A stretch of DNA of 64,000 nucleotides from the human T2T-CHM13v2.0 reference genome, Homo sapiens. Shown piece after piece: positions 16,800 to 63,419 of this stretch (position 1 is the first letter of the stretch; every line of letters begins with the position of its first letter). The stretch is taken from the NCBI RefSeq assembly GCF_009914755.1, contig NC_060931.1. The stretch is one strand, 5' to 3'. The notes under the pieces are model-generated. The model did not search any database. It had not been told where the DNA came from and saw nothing but the letters and a program-made list of their open reading frames with translations. Both the position numbers and the translations under genes were made by a program.

Positions 16800-17013
16800 T
16801 GGAGAATATGGGCAAAAATTGTACGTGCTTCTTTATGTGCCAACTTGAGAAACTAAGTTCACATCTACTATAAATATGGTGTATAAGTGCATATTTTATA
16901 TTCAAGTCAATTATTTAATAAGTTGGCTGAGCAATTAGTGATTTTAGTTTTTTTAATTAAAACTTCCAGCTAATTTGAACAAGATCCATTTTTTCTTGAC
17001 AAAGGTACTGTGA

Positions 17014-17713
<700 letters not shown>

Positions 17714-18044
17714 TAAAAAGTTTTATATATACTCTCTCAGGCTATATTTCATGCTATGATATATATATATATATAAAATTCCAATCTTCTAAGTAAAAGT
17801 TTAAGAAAAAGGCTCCATTTGTTAATTGCAGATAAATACATCTCCCATACTGATTTCTTTCTGCCCTCACTGGATGCCAAGCCTGCAATATGAAGGCTCC
17901 TTGGGTGTAGGGAAAGGAGATAAATGGCTGAGATTCTAAGCCCTTCTCTAAAGTACTGTATCTAACAGAAATACTTTATGGATCCTAGAAAACCCCGAAA
18001 ATCTTTATTCTATAGAAATAGAATTACCATAAAAGATCCTTTCA

Positions 18045-18330
18045 TTTTTTAGACGGAGTCTCGCACTGTCACCCGGGCTGGAGTGCAGTGGTGTGATCTC
18101 GGCTCACTGCAACCTCTGCCTCCCGAGTTCAAGCGATTCTCCTGCTTCAGCCTCCTGAGTAACTGGGATTACAGGTGCCCACCACCATGCCCAGCTAATT
18201 TTTTGTATTTCTAGTAGAGATGGGGTTTCACCATGTTGGCCAGGCTGCTCTTGAACTCGTGACCTCGTGATTCACCCACCTTGGCCTCCCAAAGTGCCGG
18301 GATTACAGGTGTGAGCCACCACACCTGGCC
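18045..18330 (-). mobile_element. AluS
   Basis: Reverse Alu consensus. Confidence 0.88.
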
Positions 18331-18982
18331 AAAAATCCCTTTTTATAGTAACAATTAAGACAATCAACTTGCACAGTAAGTTAAAGAAGACAGCTACTGT
18401 GGCTTTTAATTTTGTATTTTAGGTTCCTTTATCAATAAAGCCCAAGTCTTGCAAAAGCCTCTAAATGATAGCCATGTATATGGATGTATATTGTGACTTT
18501 AAAGACTAAGCAATTTTTCATGACTGTCTCACTATGAAATTACATTAGTACAAGCTCCTGATTATGTAGACAAGATACATGATAGAATGATCTGAAGGGA
18601 TAGTTTTTGGTATTCCATTTCCCCAAATCTGGATCATAACTGATTGTTCTCTTGCATTAAATTAGAGGACCAAAATCTGGATTCATTCTGACTAGTGATG
18701 AAAAGTGGCAAATCAGAGTCCTAGGGAAAAGCCTAACTGTTGCGAACCCAGCCCCAGGGAAAGAATTGGACAGTGAAGATTCCCTCCCAGACACTTGAAG
18801 CCAGTCTTCATCTAGTCCCTTTTAAAGAAAATGGGCCTGTTCTCAGAAATAATCAGACACACAACAGAGAGCTCAAGGACGGATGGGATAAAGACTATCA
18901 AAATATTTCAGACAGATGGTCATAGTGGGACTGACTGCCATCAGTGGAATGGCTCCATGGTTTTCCCTCAAGGCCGAATGTA

Positions 18983-19182
<200 letters not shown>

Positions 19183-19467
19183 TGACAGATTTATGTGTGG
19201 ATTTTGAGTCTGGCCACAATCTCAATGAAACACCTATTGAAGGGCATTAAGGTCAATAGGGTAGGAAACAGCCCACCCCTCCTCCACTTGGATTTGCCTA
19301 TTTTCAGTGCCTCAATTTGTGTGGACCTGGATTACGTAATCTGAATTATCAAAACAAACTCCTAAACTTAAGAAAAGAAAGATCATCAATATTTTCATAT
19401 CTCTGCCAGATTGAAAGCCTCCAATTAAAGCAAACCATCTTTTAATTCATATCAGATAGTGTCTTGT

Positions 19468-19780
19468 GGCTTGGTGTGGTGGCTCACGCCCGTAATCCCA
19501 ACACTGAGAGACCAAGACAGGAGGATTGCTTGAGCTCGGGAGTTCAAGACTAGCCTGGGCAACACAGTGAGACCCTGTCTCTACTAAAAGATTAAAAAAT
19601 TAGCCAGGTGCGGTGACACATGCCTGCAGTCCCTGCTACTCAGGAGGCTGAGGTGGGAGGATCACTTGAGCCCAGGAGTCCGAGGCTGCAGTGAGTCGTG
19701 ATCATGCCACTGCAGTCCAGCCTGGGTGTCAGAGTGAGACCCTGTCTCCAAAAATATTAAAATAAAATAAAATAAAAAAG
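19468..19780 (+). mobile_element. AluJ
   Basis: J-type motifs, tail ends ~35 nt from LRRD1 donor. Confidence 0.85.
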
Positions 19781-19812
19781 AAATGACTTGTTAGATAGTC
19801 AATCACTCATCA

Positions 19813-20004
<192 letters not shown>

Positions 20005-20259
20005 TTACATCTTTCTATAAAAGAAAACTATGGAGACAAATAACATCTGTTATGTCTTGCTGGCAAAGTACCAGAGGACCCTCACAATGCAGCAGGTCAT
20101 AAATTATTTCTGATGTCCACATGCTAAGAGCAAAAAAGAGTGTTTATAGAAAGACAGCTGTGGTTCCTTTCTCTCCTAGGGGTGGCAAAATGAGACAGAG
20201 ACTATCCTCTTTTAATACAGCAAAGAACTTTATAGAGTGGATGTGATGGTAATTTTTAA

Positions 20260-20905
20260 ACTAAACTGTTTATTTAGCATAATTTTTGATTCATAGAAAT
20301 GTTGCAGAGATTGTAGCAAGTTCTTCTGCATTCCTCATCTAGCTTTAGTTTCTCCTAATGTTATCACATTATCATATTACATTTGTTTAATCTAAGAAAC
20401 CAGTATTGGTATGTTACTACTAAATACACTTCAGATTTTTTTGGATTCATTAGTTTTTCCATCAGTGTCCTTTTTCTGTTTCAGGAAATCTCATTGCATA
20501 CTTTTATGTCTCATTAGTCGCCTCTGGTTTGTGATAGTTTCTCAGTCTTTCCTTGTTTTTCATGACCTTGACAGTTTTAAGAAGTACTGGTTATGAATTT
20601 TGTAGAATGTACCATAACTTGAATTTGTCTGATATGTTCTCATTATTAGACTGGGGTTATGGGTTTTTGGAAAGAATACCACAGAGGTGAAGTGCACTTA
20701 TCACATTATATCAGAGATACCTCATATCCGCATGACATCACTAATGATGTTAAATTTTATCGCTTGGATAACACAGTCTCTGCTAGCATTCTCCAAGATA
20801 ATGTTATAATTTTTTTCCTTTCCATACTCTATTCTTTGGAAGTAAGTCACTAAATCTAGGCTACCCTCAAGGGGGAGTGGGAATTAAACTCTACCTTCCT
20901 AAATG
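20260..20905 (-). mobile_element. Old L1M 3' fragment
   Basis: Degenerate L1MC/ME-like 3'UTR motifs (cagtctttccttgtttttcatgaccttgacagtttt). Confidence 0.55.
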
Positions 20906-20961
20906 TAATTTTTTCAATACCATCCTAATCCAATGTAAACCTAAGATAAAAAGTAAAACCA

Positions 20962-21250
<289 letters not shown>

Positions 21251-21422
21251 AGTAAAACTGTGGTAAAAATGAATTTGTAGTCATTTAGAGAGGCCTAAAA
21301 TTTGCCTTTATATTATTTATATATTTTATAGTTATATTATTTATAAATATAGTTAAAGGAAACTGGTTCCTTTTAGTGAATAATCATATTTAGAAACCAA
21401 GATCTGGATACGATGCTTCTGG

Positions 21423-21425
<3 letters not shown>

Positions 21426-21454
<29 letters not shown>
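21426..21454. repeat. (TG)n microsatellite
   Basis: About 14 units. Confidence 0.9.
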
Positions 21455-21460
<6 letters not shown>

Positions 21461-21816
21461 TATTTATTATAAACCTAGAATTTTATATATGTATATATAC
21501 ACACACATACATGTATAACATATATGTTATAAATCATAGCACATAGTCTTTAGGGTCTGACTTCTTTCACTTAGCATTACAACAATATCAGTGTTGTGTG
21601 TATCAATAGTTTTTTTCTTTTTAATAATGAGAAGTATTCCATTATATAGATGTAAATAATTTATCCATTTAATACATAAATGACATTTGAAGAGCTTCCA
21701 GTTTTGGCAATTACAAAGGAAGCTTCTCTATACATTTGTACTCAGTTTTTTGTTGAATAAGTTTTCATTTCATGTAAAAGAGTAGTTGAAGTGAGATTGA
21801 TGGTTTGTATGGTTAA

Positions 21817-23828
<2,012 letters not shown>

Positions 23829-24083
23829 TTTTAATATTTTTTCACTTTTTTTTTTTTGCAAAACAATATTTTTCTATGTTCTTATCTAGAAGTTTTGTAG
23901 TTTTAGCTTTTACATTTAGGTCTGTGATTCATTTTGAGGTAATATTTTTATATAGTGTGTAGGATCAAAATTATATTGTGGTTATTTATTTGTTTTTGTT
24001 TTATTTTGTTTTGTTTTGGCTTTTGGACATCCAGTTGATCCAGCAATATTTGTTGAAAATAATGTTCTTTCTCTGTTGGATTA

Positions 24084-24777
24084 CAGTAGTTCCTCCTTAT
24101 CCATGGGAGATACCTTCCAAGACCCCCCAGCTGATGCCTACAAACCAAATACAGTATCAAACATGATTGCTGTCAATCAGATCACATCTGTTCATGTCTT
24201 TCACCCACAAATTTAATGCCTTTTCCTTCTTAACTGAGCACTTATCATGCACTGTGGCTGTAATTTTGTAGTTTGAGGTGCAACAGCAAAATTAGCACAA
24301 ATTTCTTTTTCTGTCTTCACAATTTCATCGATAGAATATTCGTCCTTAGCGTAGATCTTAGCAACCTCATCATATGATTCTTTTCTTTCCAAGTTGAGAA
24401 CTCTCACCTTTTCACTTAAAGGAAGCACTTTAAGGCTTCTCTATGGTGTATCCAAATTGCCAGCATCACTACTCTTGTGCTTTAGGGCCATTAATAAGTA
24501 AAATAAGGGTTACATGAACACAAGCACTGTGATACTGTGACAGTGGATCTGATAACTGAGACTGCTACTAAGTGACTGACAGGCAGGGAGCACATGCAGT
24601 GAATGGATTCACAACCCAGGTAGGACAGTGCAAGATTTCATCACACTGCTCAGAAAAGTGCACAATTTTAAATTTATGAATTGTTTATTTCTGGAATTTC
24701 CCAGTTAATATTTTCAGACCACTGTTGATCATGAGTAAAACCATGGAAGTGAAACTGTGAATAAGGGGGAACTACCA
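24084..24777 (-). mobile_element. MER44/Tigger7-type DNA transposon relic
   Basis: TA then TIR cagtagttcctccttat, reverse TIR ataagggggaactac; ORF 24213-24428 resembles a CENP-B-type HTH (LPLSEKVRVLNL...SYDEVAKIY). Confidence 0.8.
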
Positions 24778-24847
24778 TGGCAAAAATCAGTTGACCACAT
24801 AGTGGTCAGTCAGGGTTCTCTAGAGGGACAGGACTACCATATAGTGG

Positions 24848-25406
24848 GTGTATTAGTCAGGGTTCTCCAGAGGGACAGGACTAATAGGATAGATATATAT
24901 ATATAAAAGGGAGTTTATTAAGGAGTATTGACTCACATAACCACAAGGTGAAGTCCTGCAATGGGCCATCTGCAAGCTGAGGCACAAGGAAGCAAGTCCA
25001 AGTCCCGAAACCTCAAAAGTAGGGAAGCCAATAGTGCAGCCTTCAGTCTGTGGCCAAAGGCCCAAAGGCCCTAGAGCCCCTGGCAAACCAGTGGTGTAAG
25101 TCCAAGAGTGCAAAAGCTGAAGAACTTGGAGTCCAGTGTTTGAGGGCAGGAAGCATCCAGCATGGGAGATAGATGGAGGCCAGAAGACACAGCCAGTCTA
25201 GTCCTTCCACGTACTTCTGCCTGCTTTATTCTAGCCAAGGTGGCAGCTGATTAGATTGTGCCCACCCAGATTGAGGGTGGGTCTGCCTCTCCCAGTCCAC
25301 TGACTCAGATGTTAATCTCCTTTGGGAACACCCTCACAGACACATGCAGGAACAATACTTTGCATCCTGCAATCCAATCAAGTTGACACTCAATATTAAC
25401 CATAAT
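24848..25406 (-). mobile_element. MLT2A (HERV-L) solo LTR
   Basis: tgtattagtcagggttctc...caatcaagttgacactcaatattaacc. Confidence 0.85.
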
Positions 25407-26281
25407 TGTGGATCTATTTCTAGACTCTCTATTCTGTCCCATTGATCCTTATGTCTGTTGTTTTGCCAATACTATCACTGTCTTCATGACTATAGTTTTG
25501 CATAAGTCTTGAAATCAGGTTGTGTGAATCATCCAACTTTGTTTTTCTTCTTCAAAATTGTTTCAGCTATTCTAGTTCCTTTGACTTTTTATATACATTT
25601 TAGAATTACCTCATTGTTTTCTGAAACAAAAAACTCTGCTAGGATTTTGTTGGAATTGAGTTGAATTTAAAGATAAGTTTTGGGAAAACTGACATATTAA
25701 CAATATTGTCTTCCAATTTATAAACACTATATATCTCTCTACTTATTTAGGTTTATTTAGTTTTATCTATGTTACAGTTTTCAGCATATAGATCTTATAT
25801 GTAATTTGTTAGATTTATTTATGGTTTTGGTACCATTTTAAATTGTACTTTTAAAGAAATCAATTTCCAATCATTTCTTGCTAGTCTGTAGACATATGAT
25901 TGATTTTTGTATATTAACTCTGTATACGGCAATCTTGCTAAACTTACTTGTTCTGTAGATCCTTTGGGATTTTTGACCTAGACAACGTGTCTCTGTTATC
26001 AGAAATAATTTTTTCTTCTTCCTTCACAATCTATTTACTTTTTATTTCTTTTTCTTGTGTTGTTGTGCTAGTTGGGATTCCAGTTATAACGTCAAAAAGA
26101 AGTGGTGAGAAAGGAGAACTTTACTTTAATCCTGATCATAGTGGAAAATAAATCGTTTACCATGGAGTGTGATATTAGCTATAGGAGTTTTGCAGATGTA
26201 TTTTTTCAAGTTGAGGAAATTCTCTTCTATTTCTAGCTTGCTGAGAGTTTTTTTGTTGTTGTTTGTTTTTGAAAATCTTGA

Positions 26282-27660
<1,379 letters not shown>

Positions 27661-27669
27661 AAACAGATA

Positions 27670-27757
27670 AATATATATGTGTATATATGTGTATATATGT
27701 ATATATGTGTACATATATGTGCATATATATGTGTGTATGTGTGTATATATATATATA
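27670..27757. repeat. (TA/TG)n low-complexity repeat
   Basis: atatatatgtgtatatatgt... following Alu tail. Confidence 0.9.
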
Positions 27758-28274
27758 ATCAACGCAGTATTTGTTGTACTTTGGGAAATCTTTTCTGATA
27801 TCTTTAGAGTGAGTGGTTTATTTTCTTATCTACAATGTCATTTTTATTTTGTTTTGGTTATTGTAATGCTTTACCTTGTAAATGACTCCATGTAAGGTAT
27901 TAGAGTATTATAGGGTATAGGAGAAGTATCAGGGGAGCCAACAGAGAAGGAAACGCAGAAAAAATGCTGACCTGAGGTTGTGTAGGTGTGTGTAGAGGAA
28001 GAGGTGAGGTTGGGTTCAGAAAGGGAAGAAATACTAAATGACTGGGTATAGGCAGAGAAGAGAGAAAATAAATGAAAATATGTTCAGGCTCTCCTACTCT
28101 TTCAAGGCAGGAACTGGACCTTATACTTTGCTTTCATTTTCTGTACCTAGGACAGTCATTTCCTTCTAATGGTGACTTAATACCTTATGTTGACTCTTTG
28201 CCATTCTGTATCTTGTCAGCAAAATTTGCAACTCAGACATTAATACTCTACTTATTGATTATGCTTACTGATTA

Positions 28275-28499
<225 letters not shown>

Positions 28500-28653
28500 T
28501 TACACAATTATACATTTATAAATACATACATATTTGCATGACTAAAACTTCTTCTAAAATCAAATGAAAGAGTTTTGTCTGTTTTTGTTTTTGTCTTAAA
28601 AAGGAGATTTTTTATTATGTCACAAATTCTTTGTGACTGACTCTCCCTTCTGA

Positions 28654-29253
<600 letters not shown>

Positions 29254-29823
29254 TGACATGATACACATGTTTTATACTTTTTGTATGTGTTTCCAAGCAC
29301 AAAATGCATTTTGACCAAATGTTTAATAATGGAGTCACAGTTTGGCAATGTGACCTTAAATAAAAATTCCTACTATAAAAAGTGTTGCAAAATTGCAGGA
29401 ATTAAAATATTCTGTTAAGATGAAGAAGAAATATGCATATTTAGAGAAAATAGGGCCATTATGAGTGGCTTTTGAAATAAAGGAAGTTCTATGAACAAAA
29501 CAATTTTGAATGTATAGGCACCTCTAATAGCTAAACAACAAGGTACATTCTGCATGTTGTGCTATATGTTCTTCCAGGTATAAAGGAAGCATAAGAAATA
29601 GTCTCCAACTTCACGGAGATTAAATTTTATTTTAGGGAACAGAATATATCCTATGAAAAAATCAGGAAATGGAATGAAGCAATAGGTAATCCAATGCCAA
29701 AATAATACAATTAATAACTGATGAATGAAAGTTTAGAAAAGGTACATTACTACAAATCAGAGAACTAAAGTAAAGCTTCATGTAAAAAGTAGAACTTGAA
29801 TAGCCTCTTAAGAATGAATAGGC

Positions 29824-30117
<294 letters not shown>

Positions 30118-32473
30118 GAATGAATAGAATTAGAAAAAAGTTACAGGACACTTAAGGCAAGATAAATATCATGAATAACAATGGCCAGTGAGAAGCTGAC
30201 CAGCAAAGAAAGGTGATGCAAAGCAGAGGGAGATTTGTTTGGATAAGGAGCATGGAACCAGGCTATGGCAAGACTTGAGAGCCTGGCCTATGAAGTAGGA
30301 GTCAGATCAAAACAGATAGGTGGGTTCAGTTTTATTTGGCATTCATTGAAACAAATATTCTTTAATTACCTTCTCAACATTTACTAGAGGTGGTGTCTGA
30401 GAGCTGTATGATGATGGAATTCATATAGAAGGAAGGTTCCTTTTGGGCATCCTTCCTTTAATAAAATAAAAGCCCTGTGATTAATCTGACTTTTCTTCAG
30501 ATAAGTGACCATCTGCTATTATATAAGTTAATTATTTGGGCATTTCATTTCCACCCCAAGGGGGTTATCAAGTGATATTTTCAACTACATGGGATATTCT
30601 TTTTGACAGGAGTTCTTGTAAATCATTTTTTCCATTTGATGACCTTTGCAATGATGTTGCAAATATGTGGACTGTTGCCTTGGGCAGCCATTCACTTTGA
30701 GTAGACAACAGATACGCAATTTGGATTCCTGACAGGCAAGTATGATACATGGACAACAGTCCTCTGCAATGAAGTCTGACAACTTTGATAAGGCTTGCTA
30801 AAAGGGAGGAGGTTCCTGGCATAAATCTATGCATGAAGTGAGTGATAACCAAGGACCAGGTTGTAGACAGTGACACTGGAAAATGAGGGAGATAACCCAA
30901 CAGCTTTTTCAGAGGAAAAATAATACAATTTTGGTGTAAGATGAGGTATAACTGATGATGGAAAAGGAACAAGAATGATTTCATGAGTTTTAGCCTGGCA
31001 GGTTTAAAAGAAAAACTGGCATCACAAACAGAAATGGAGAAGTTTTGAAAGGAGATGGAAGAAAAATGAGCTGACTTTGAAGTTATATTGAGTGTGTGAC
31101 AACAAAAGAATAGAACATGTATAATTTCCAGGAAAAAAAATGAGAACTATGGGACTACAGCACTGGTGTGAGATCAGCTCTAGTCATGTAGACTTTGGGA
31201 TAATGTGCATGTAAGTGACAGCAGGTGTGGTGGGAAAGGAGTTAATAAAAAAGAGAGAGTTAAGGATATAACATTGGAGATACCAACAGTTATCTTACAA
31301 GAGGAGAAAATGAATGAGATGGTTATGAATCAGTCAATGAATTAACTGATTATTATATTGCAGATATAAAAATTGTCTGTTAGTGCAAAATCAACTTTTT
31401 AAATACAAGCTGTATCATTATTCATTCCATCTGCTTAAGCAAGTATTCCCTGGAGCAGTTTTTCTGGAAATGTAGTATATGACAGCTGTTATGTTAAAAA
31501 TGGTCAAATAAGTTTGGGAAATATGGGAATATTTTGGGAAAATTAGTGCAAGACTCTTCAAAGCTTTTAATAGATCAGTATTCATTGTTATTCTTTAAGA
31601 GAAGAACCCAGTGCTTCTTAAAGCTATTTGATCACAGACACTGCTCCCCTCCTCCCTTTTTTTTTGAGCAGATGCTCATGGGACTAGGGCTTTTAGGAGT
31701 AGACTTTGGGAAGCCCTGCCTTAGATAATAGCTGTGTTCTTTTCATTTGTTTACTAAGATCTTCATATAAATCAGTAATGTTTTAGTTATTAAAAAATTA
31801 TTTCCATAAAACTTACTCCTAGAGTTTCAGTAAGATAAAATGCTAAGCTCTAAAAATGTTAATTCTTATTGATCTAGCAATTCTTCAGGAAAAATTTCCT
31901 AAGGAAATAGTCTAAAATATGAAAAAGGCTATATTTATGGAAAAATTCATCACAGCATTATTATGAAGAAAAATTATAACATTCCTAAATGCATAACAAG
32001 AGGTTTAGATCTATAAATCATGTACTGGTTATAACAATTTATTGGGAAGATGGTTATATCAAAGAGAAATGCTTATTGGTTAAAAAAAGAAGAATTTAAA
32101 ATTGAGTGTGTAGTCTTTTATAATTCCTTATAAAACCATATGCATAACGGGAAAAAAGACTAAAAGTTGTGTCAACGTATGCCCGTAGTTATAATACAAT
32201 GATATGCTTGTGGAATGACTTTTGTCTTACTTTTATCACTTTCCAAACTTTCAATAATGTGTTTATATGACATTCATAACTTTAAAACTCCTTTTACAAT
32301 TACACCAAAATAAAAAGGAATCTATAGAATTGTCAGCTTTCATTGCTTCATATTTCATTTTAATGAAGTATTTTCCTGTACAGCTTTTGTGTTGTGAATT
32401 GTATTTATAAGCCATGTTTGGCGGGGACGGGGAGGGCTTTCATTTAAAAAACAAAATATTTCAGCTCAACTTA

Positions 32474-34504
<2,031 letters not shown>

Positions 34505-34862
34505 TTATGCCAATACAAAATTGTAACTTGATTTTAATTTTCATGTTTTTTCCTTTGAATCTACAAAACAAATGTTGAAATTAAAAGATGTAAGAGATGT
34601 CAAAATGACAAATAAATCTTAATACAACTATTTTATTTTATAAGAAATAATTTAATACAAATACAAATAATACATTTATAACAAACTAATTTTATATATA
34701 ATTCCTGATTAAGGATGGTTTATTGATTGCATGTACTTATCACATGTTACTCTTGAAATCACTTTAAAATTACAGAAAGAAACAAAAAAGTTCAAAGAAA
34801 ATTAGAAAAAAGCCATAAGGGACTGAGAGGATTCAGCAAATTTCATGGAAAACATAAAAGGG

Positions 34863-35241
<379 letters not shown>

Positions 35242-35664
35242 TTACATATGGTACTAGTGTCTTGCTCTAACAAATTCAGTACATTATGACAATTTTCCTG
35301 GGGGTAGAAGTGAAATGTCTTAAGGAAGGGTACGCTTTCTGTAAGAGTAAACTAGACATCAAATAGTCCTTGCGTGGATTGCAACCTTCCTGAGACTTCT
35401 GAGTGACTCCTGTGGTACCAGCACCAGCTGGGTAGCACCACTCCTCAGAGGTCTGGGTCCCAGCTCTGTAAGTCCCTCCTTCAAGCTTGCAGTTTCTAAT
35501 GACCCAGTATTTTCCCTTTGTCCCTTTAGCCTTAGGGTTGGTAGCTACTTCCTATGTTTACTATCTCTGTGTTGCTGCAGTTCCATCTTTACCTTTTTAG
35601 TTCTCCAGTACTTGTCTAAGCAACTTCTTATATTAAATCCTGTCAAACTGGCATGGTTTCAGTA

Positions 35665-37207
<1,543 letters not shown>

Positions 37208-37279
37208 CTAAGATTCTGTTAAAAATGCTTGATAAGATTTGATTAAATATTGATTCAGGAGATTTCAAGTTCTAAAATT

Positions 37280-43755
<6,476 letters not shown>

Positions 43756-43826
<71 letters not shown>

Positions 43827-44005
43827 AGACAGAGTTTTGCTCTTGTTGCCCATGGCACAATCTCGGTTCACAGCAACCTCTGCCTCCCGGGTTCAAAGTG
43901 GTTCTCCTCCCTCAGCCTCCCGAGTAGCTGGGATTACAGGCATGCGCCACCATGCCCAGCTAATTTTGTATTTTTAGTAGAGATGGGGTTTCACCATGAC
44001 GTCCG
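43756..44005 (-). mobile_element. (TA)n-(T)n repeat and truncated Alu
   Basis: ~19 TA units, ~32 T, Alu right arm. Confidence 0.85.
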
Positions 44006-44051
44006 GTCCTAAAAAAATATTTAATAAAACTTTAAGTTTTGAAGGTTATTA

Positions 44052-48028
<3,977 letters not shown>

Positions 48029-48244
48029 TTATGTTTTAACAAATATTAATAAAGTTGAACAATGGCCCAATGTAATTTGTTACCTATCTGAAAGACATGC
48101 ACATTCAGGGAGTTACAGTACTTTTTCATGTCTTGCAGCATCAACAAATTGTTTTCTAAATGTGGAAAAAGAGACATTCAGTACAGGCTAACGTAACGTG
48201 GGACAGCATGCAAAGCCATGAGAAGTGGGAAAATGAGAGAGAAT

Positions 48245-48730
48245 CTGGGCGTGGCTTACAGGGCTGCTGAAGTAAGACACACCCTTCGCTTCACCTGTGG
48301 CCTCCCGCGGCGGCTGCGGCTCCTTCGCAGGACCGGTAGGGGGCGCGCGCGGTTGAGTCCAGCAATTGCGAGGACCTCCGCAGGCGCAGCCCAGCACTGA
48401 CGCCTCTCCGGGCCGTGGCTCCTCTTTCCCAGGCCGAAAGCGGCCGGGCCCTCTGCTCCGCTGCGCCCTGGCGCGGCCGCACCCACTGCGCGTTTGTGAG
48501 CTGGCCATCGGTCACACTGGGATACTCGAGGAGGAGGCCTGGGGCCTGCATTCAATTCCCTAAGAGGGACCCGCGCTGGCCGCTGCAGGCGGGTGGAGAA
48601 CGGGCGTCTGAGTCTTTGGCTTTCGTACCGGAATCTCCCCGGGAGATTTTACAAGCCCCTCCGAATGTTCTGATTGAATTGGTCTGGGGGGGTCGGTCCG
48701 GGCATCTAACGAGCAGCCGGGATGGAGAAT
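48245..48730. promoter_or_regulatory. LRRD1: CpG island, probable LRRD1 promoter and non-coding exon 1
   Basis: CpG-dense unique sequence 14 kb upstream of the first coding exon; candidate minus-strand donors CAG|GTGAAG (48295/48294) and CCT|GTAAGC (48260/48259); CCAAT (minus) 48678-48682. Confidence 0.75.
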
Positions 48731-50984
48731 TACTAGTCTGGATTCTGGTCCTCAGAGGTTCACTCACGTTAATCAACCCGAGTCCATCTTGGTGGGATTG
48801 TCTTGCTCCGAGGCCCTCCCACTGAGCTTTATTTTCCTGCCTGATTTCGGGGTCCGCTAACAGGATGAACAGCGGACCATACAGGCACGGTGAAAATGAC
48901 ACTTGGTGACGTGGAAGACCCAGCTTGCCACAGTTGAGGCAGAGCTCCTCAGGGTCTTTTGTCTTAGTTATCCCCGAGCTATTTTTCAGGAACCGACAGG
49001 CTCCCCCACCCCAACACCGGATGAAGGCCAGCAACTGGAGGCCAGGAATAATCAAGCACGCTCTCATTTCAAAGAGGTGACGATTGTGCCCGTGTTTAAA
49101 AGGGATGCCTGAGACCATGAGGATTTGGAGTTTTGGAGGCGGATCTGCCTTTGGGGAGTGAGCGTAGGGCCCTAAGATGTGGTTGTGCTTTGAGACAGTT
49201 CCCAGGGTGATGTGTCCCATCATCCAAACATTGCAGGATAAGTCAAAGTTACAGAAAGACTCTAGTTTACTTCCAGCCTAACATTACCAAAATACGGTAT
49301 TTGTCAGAAAACATGTAGTATTTGTATAATTTGAGAATGTAATTGAAGAACCCGATATAGAGCTTTTAGAAAGGGGAAATAGAAAACTTAAAAAGAATCT
49401 TGCTTGGTATATTAATACCAACATCTAAAATATAATAAAATTGAATAAACCAGTGAGTTTTATACTATGATTGAAATAAAATGCCACTATGTTCTTAAGA
49501 GTGCTAGTTTAACAGGAAATCTCCAATGCATTATTATCTAGACTCATCTCAAAGGCTCACTTTTCATTTGCATGGGCCCTTGCTATTTGTAGGGTAGGAG
49601 GCAGCACCTCGTTCTGGTGGCTGCCACCTTCATGAGGAGACACTCCTTGTTAACAGGATGGTTAGCCCACGGCTCTTCCCAGCCCCCTTTTCCACACCCA
49701 GTAAATTGTTTTAGTTTATGGCCCTCAGCTGCAGTTGCAATCATCATCAAATTCCAGTTTTGAATTTAAAGGTGAATAATGAATGCAATGAACTTTCTAG
49801 AATTTATGAAGGGCAGTGATGTTCCTTTTTATCTAATAATTCTACATGTGTAGCCTTTCAGTATGCTATTCTGTGGACTGAATTTACAAATTGTCATTTG
49901 TTTAATGAACTGTTAATATAACATGATGACTAACTGAAAACACATACAATTTGCTGGTATTCCAGAAGTCTATGGATTTCGTTGTTTTGTTTAAATAAAA
50001 GGCATTAAAAGCAGCTGCTTAGTATACTTACCTTCTTCACTCAGCATAAGGTAGAGGTGAAAAAACCTTCTTAATTTGGCAATTTATATAACCTTTTGTT
50101 TTTGGAATACAGTTTTCTTCCCCTTTACATTCGTTCTTTAGCCTAAATCCTAAGTTTCCGACTTGCGATTTAAACTCCACATGAGAGAACAGGTTGGAAT
50201 TTTATCTTTAATAATTTTATTTATAACTCGAAAGTAAGTTTCAAAATATTTTGTCATAGTAACTCCTATAAGTGTTTATTTAATCCATCTTGTAAATTTT
50301 CTATTTCTGTATCTTTAATATATTTAACTATTCATTTGACTGTTAATGACTAAAAAAGGGGGAACATTAACTTCACTGCAATCAGGAAAACTCTTTCAAA
50401 CTGTTATATAAAAGAATATATATGGTGTACGAACACCCATGTATTTTTAAAAAGTAAATAACAGGTAAACCAAAGCTCAGATAAAATCCAACTTTTAAAT
50501 ATATATAATTAATTGTTAGAGAACTGGCTAAAATAAAGATACAGGTTGGCTTTTCTTCCTCCTAATGGTTATGTGTACAAAACTAAATTTAGTATTAATT
50601 GAAAGCAAAAAACCCAGAAAGGGAAAATGGCACACATTTGATTTAGGTGAAAATTATTTACTCATTTTTCTATCTGCAGGTGATTTATCATTTTAGGTTC
50701 TTTCCCTTCCACTGTCCAACTGGTATATAATCAGTAAATACAAACAAAAATACCAACATCTGTAAAATATAACTAGGAAGGCACGCTATGAAACATAACA
50801 TAGCATATTCCAAAAGTCAACAACGGATTTGCTGGTTACTGGATTGAAATTATACTTATTTGCTCATAAAATTGAGTTCATGGCATAATTACATAATTCT
50901 GTGGCAAAGCATTTGGTATGCTCTAGGGGAGACATGTTTTAAAAACAATTGCCTTGGGTTTTTTTAATTTTAAAAATAATTACA

Positions 50985-61950
<10,966 letters not shown>

Positions 61951-61967
61951 ATATTATTACTATTATT

Positions 61968-63358
<1,391 letters not shown>

Positions 63359-63419
63359 CTTAATATAGTTTTGAATTTTCAGAACTTGGTTAGCAAGTGC
63401 TGATTCTTTAAGTGTATTT

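Noticed and set aside
18640-18980. Unique intronic block with two ~60-aa plus-strand ORFs, possible lncRNA exon
   Set aside because: Could not define splice sites or homology from sequence alone
24213-24428. CENP-B-like HTH ORF as a domesticated transposase
   Set aside because: Short degenerate relic in a MER44 deletion derivative, no DDE domain
30568-30984. 138-aa intronic ORF in LRRD1
   Set aside because: No domain or convincing splice sites; the LRRD1 CDS closes at 860 aa without it
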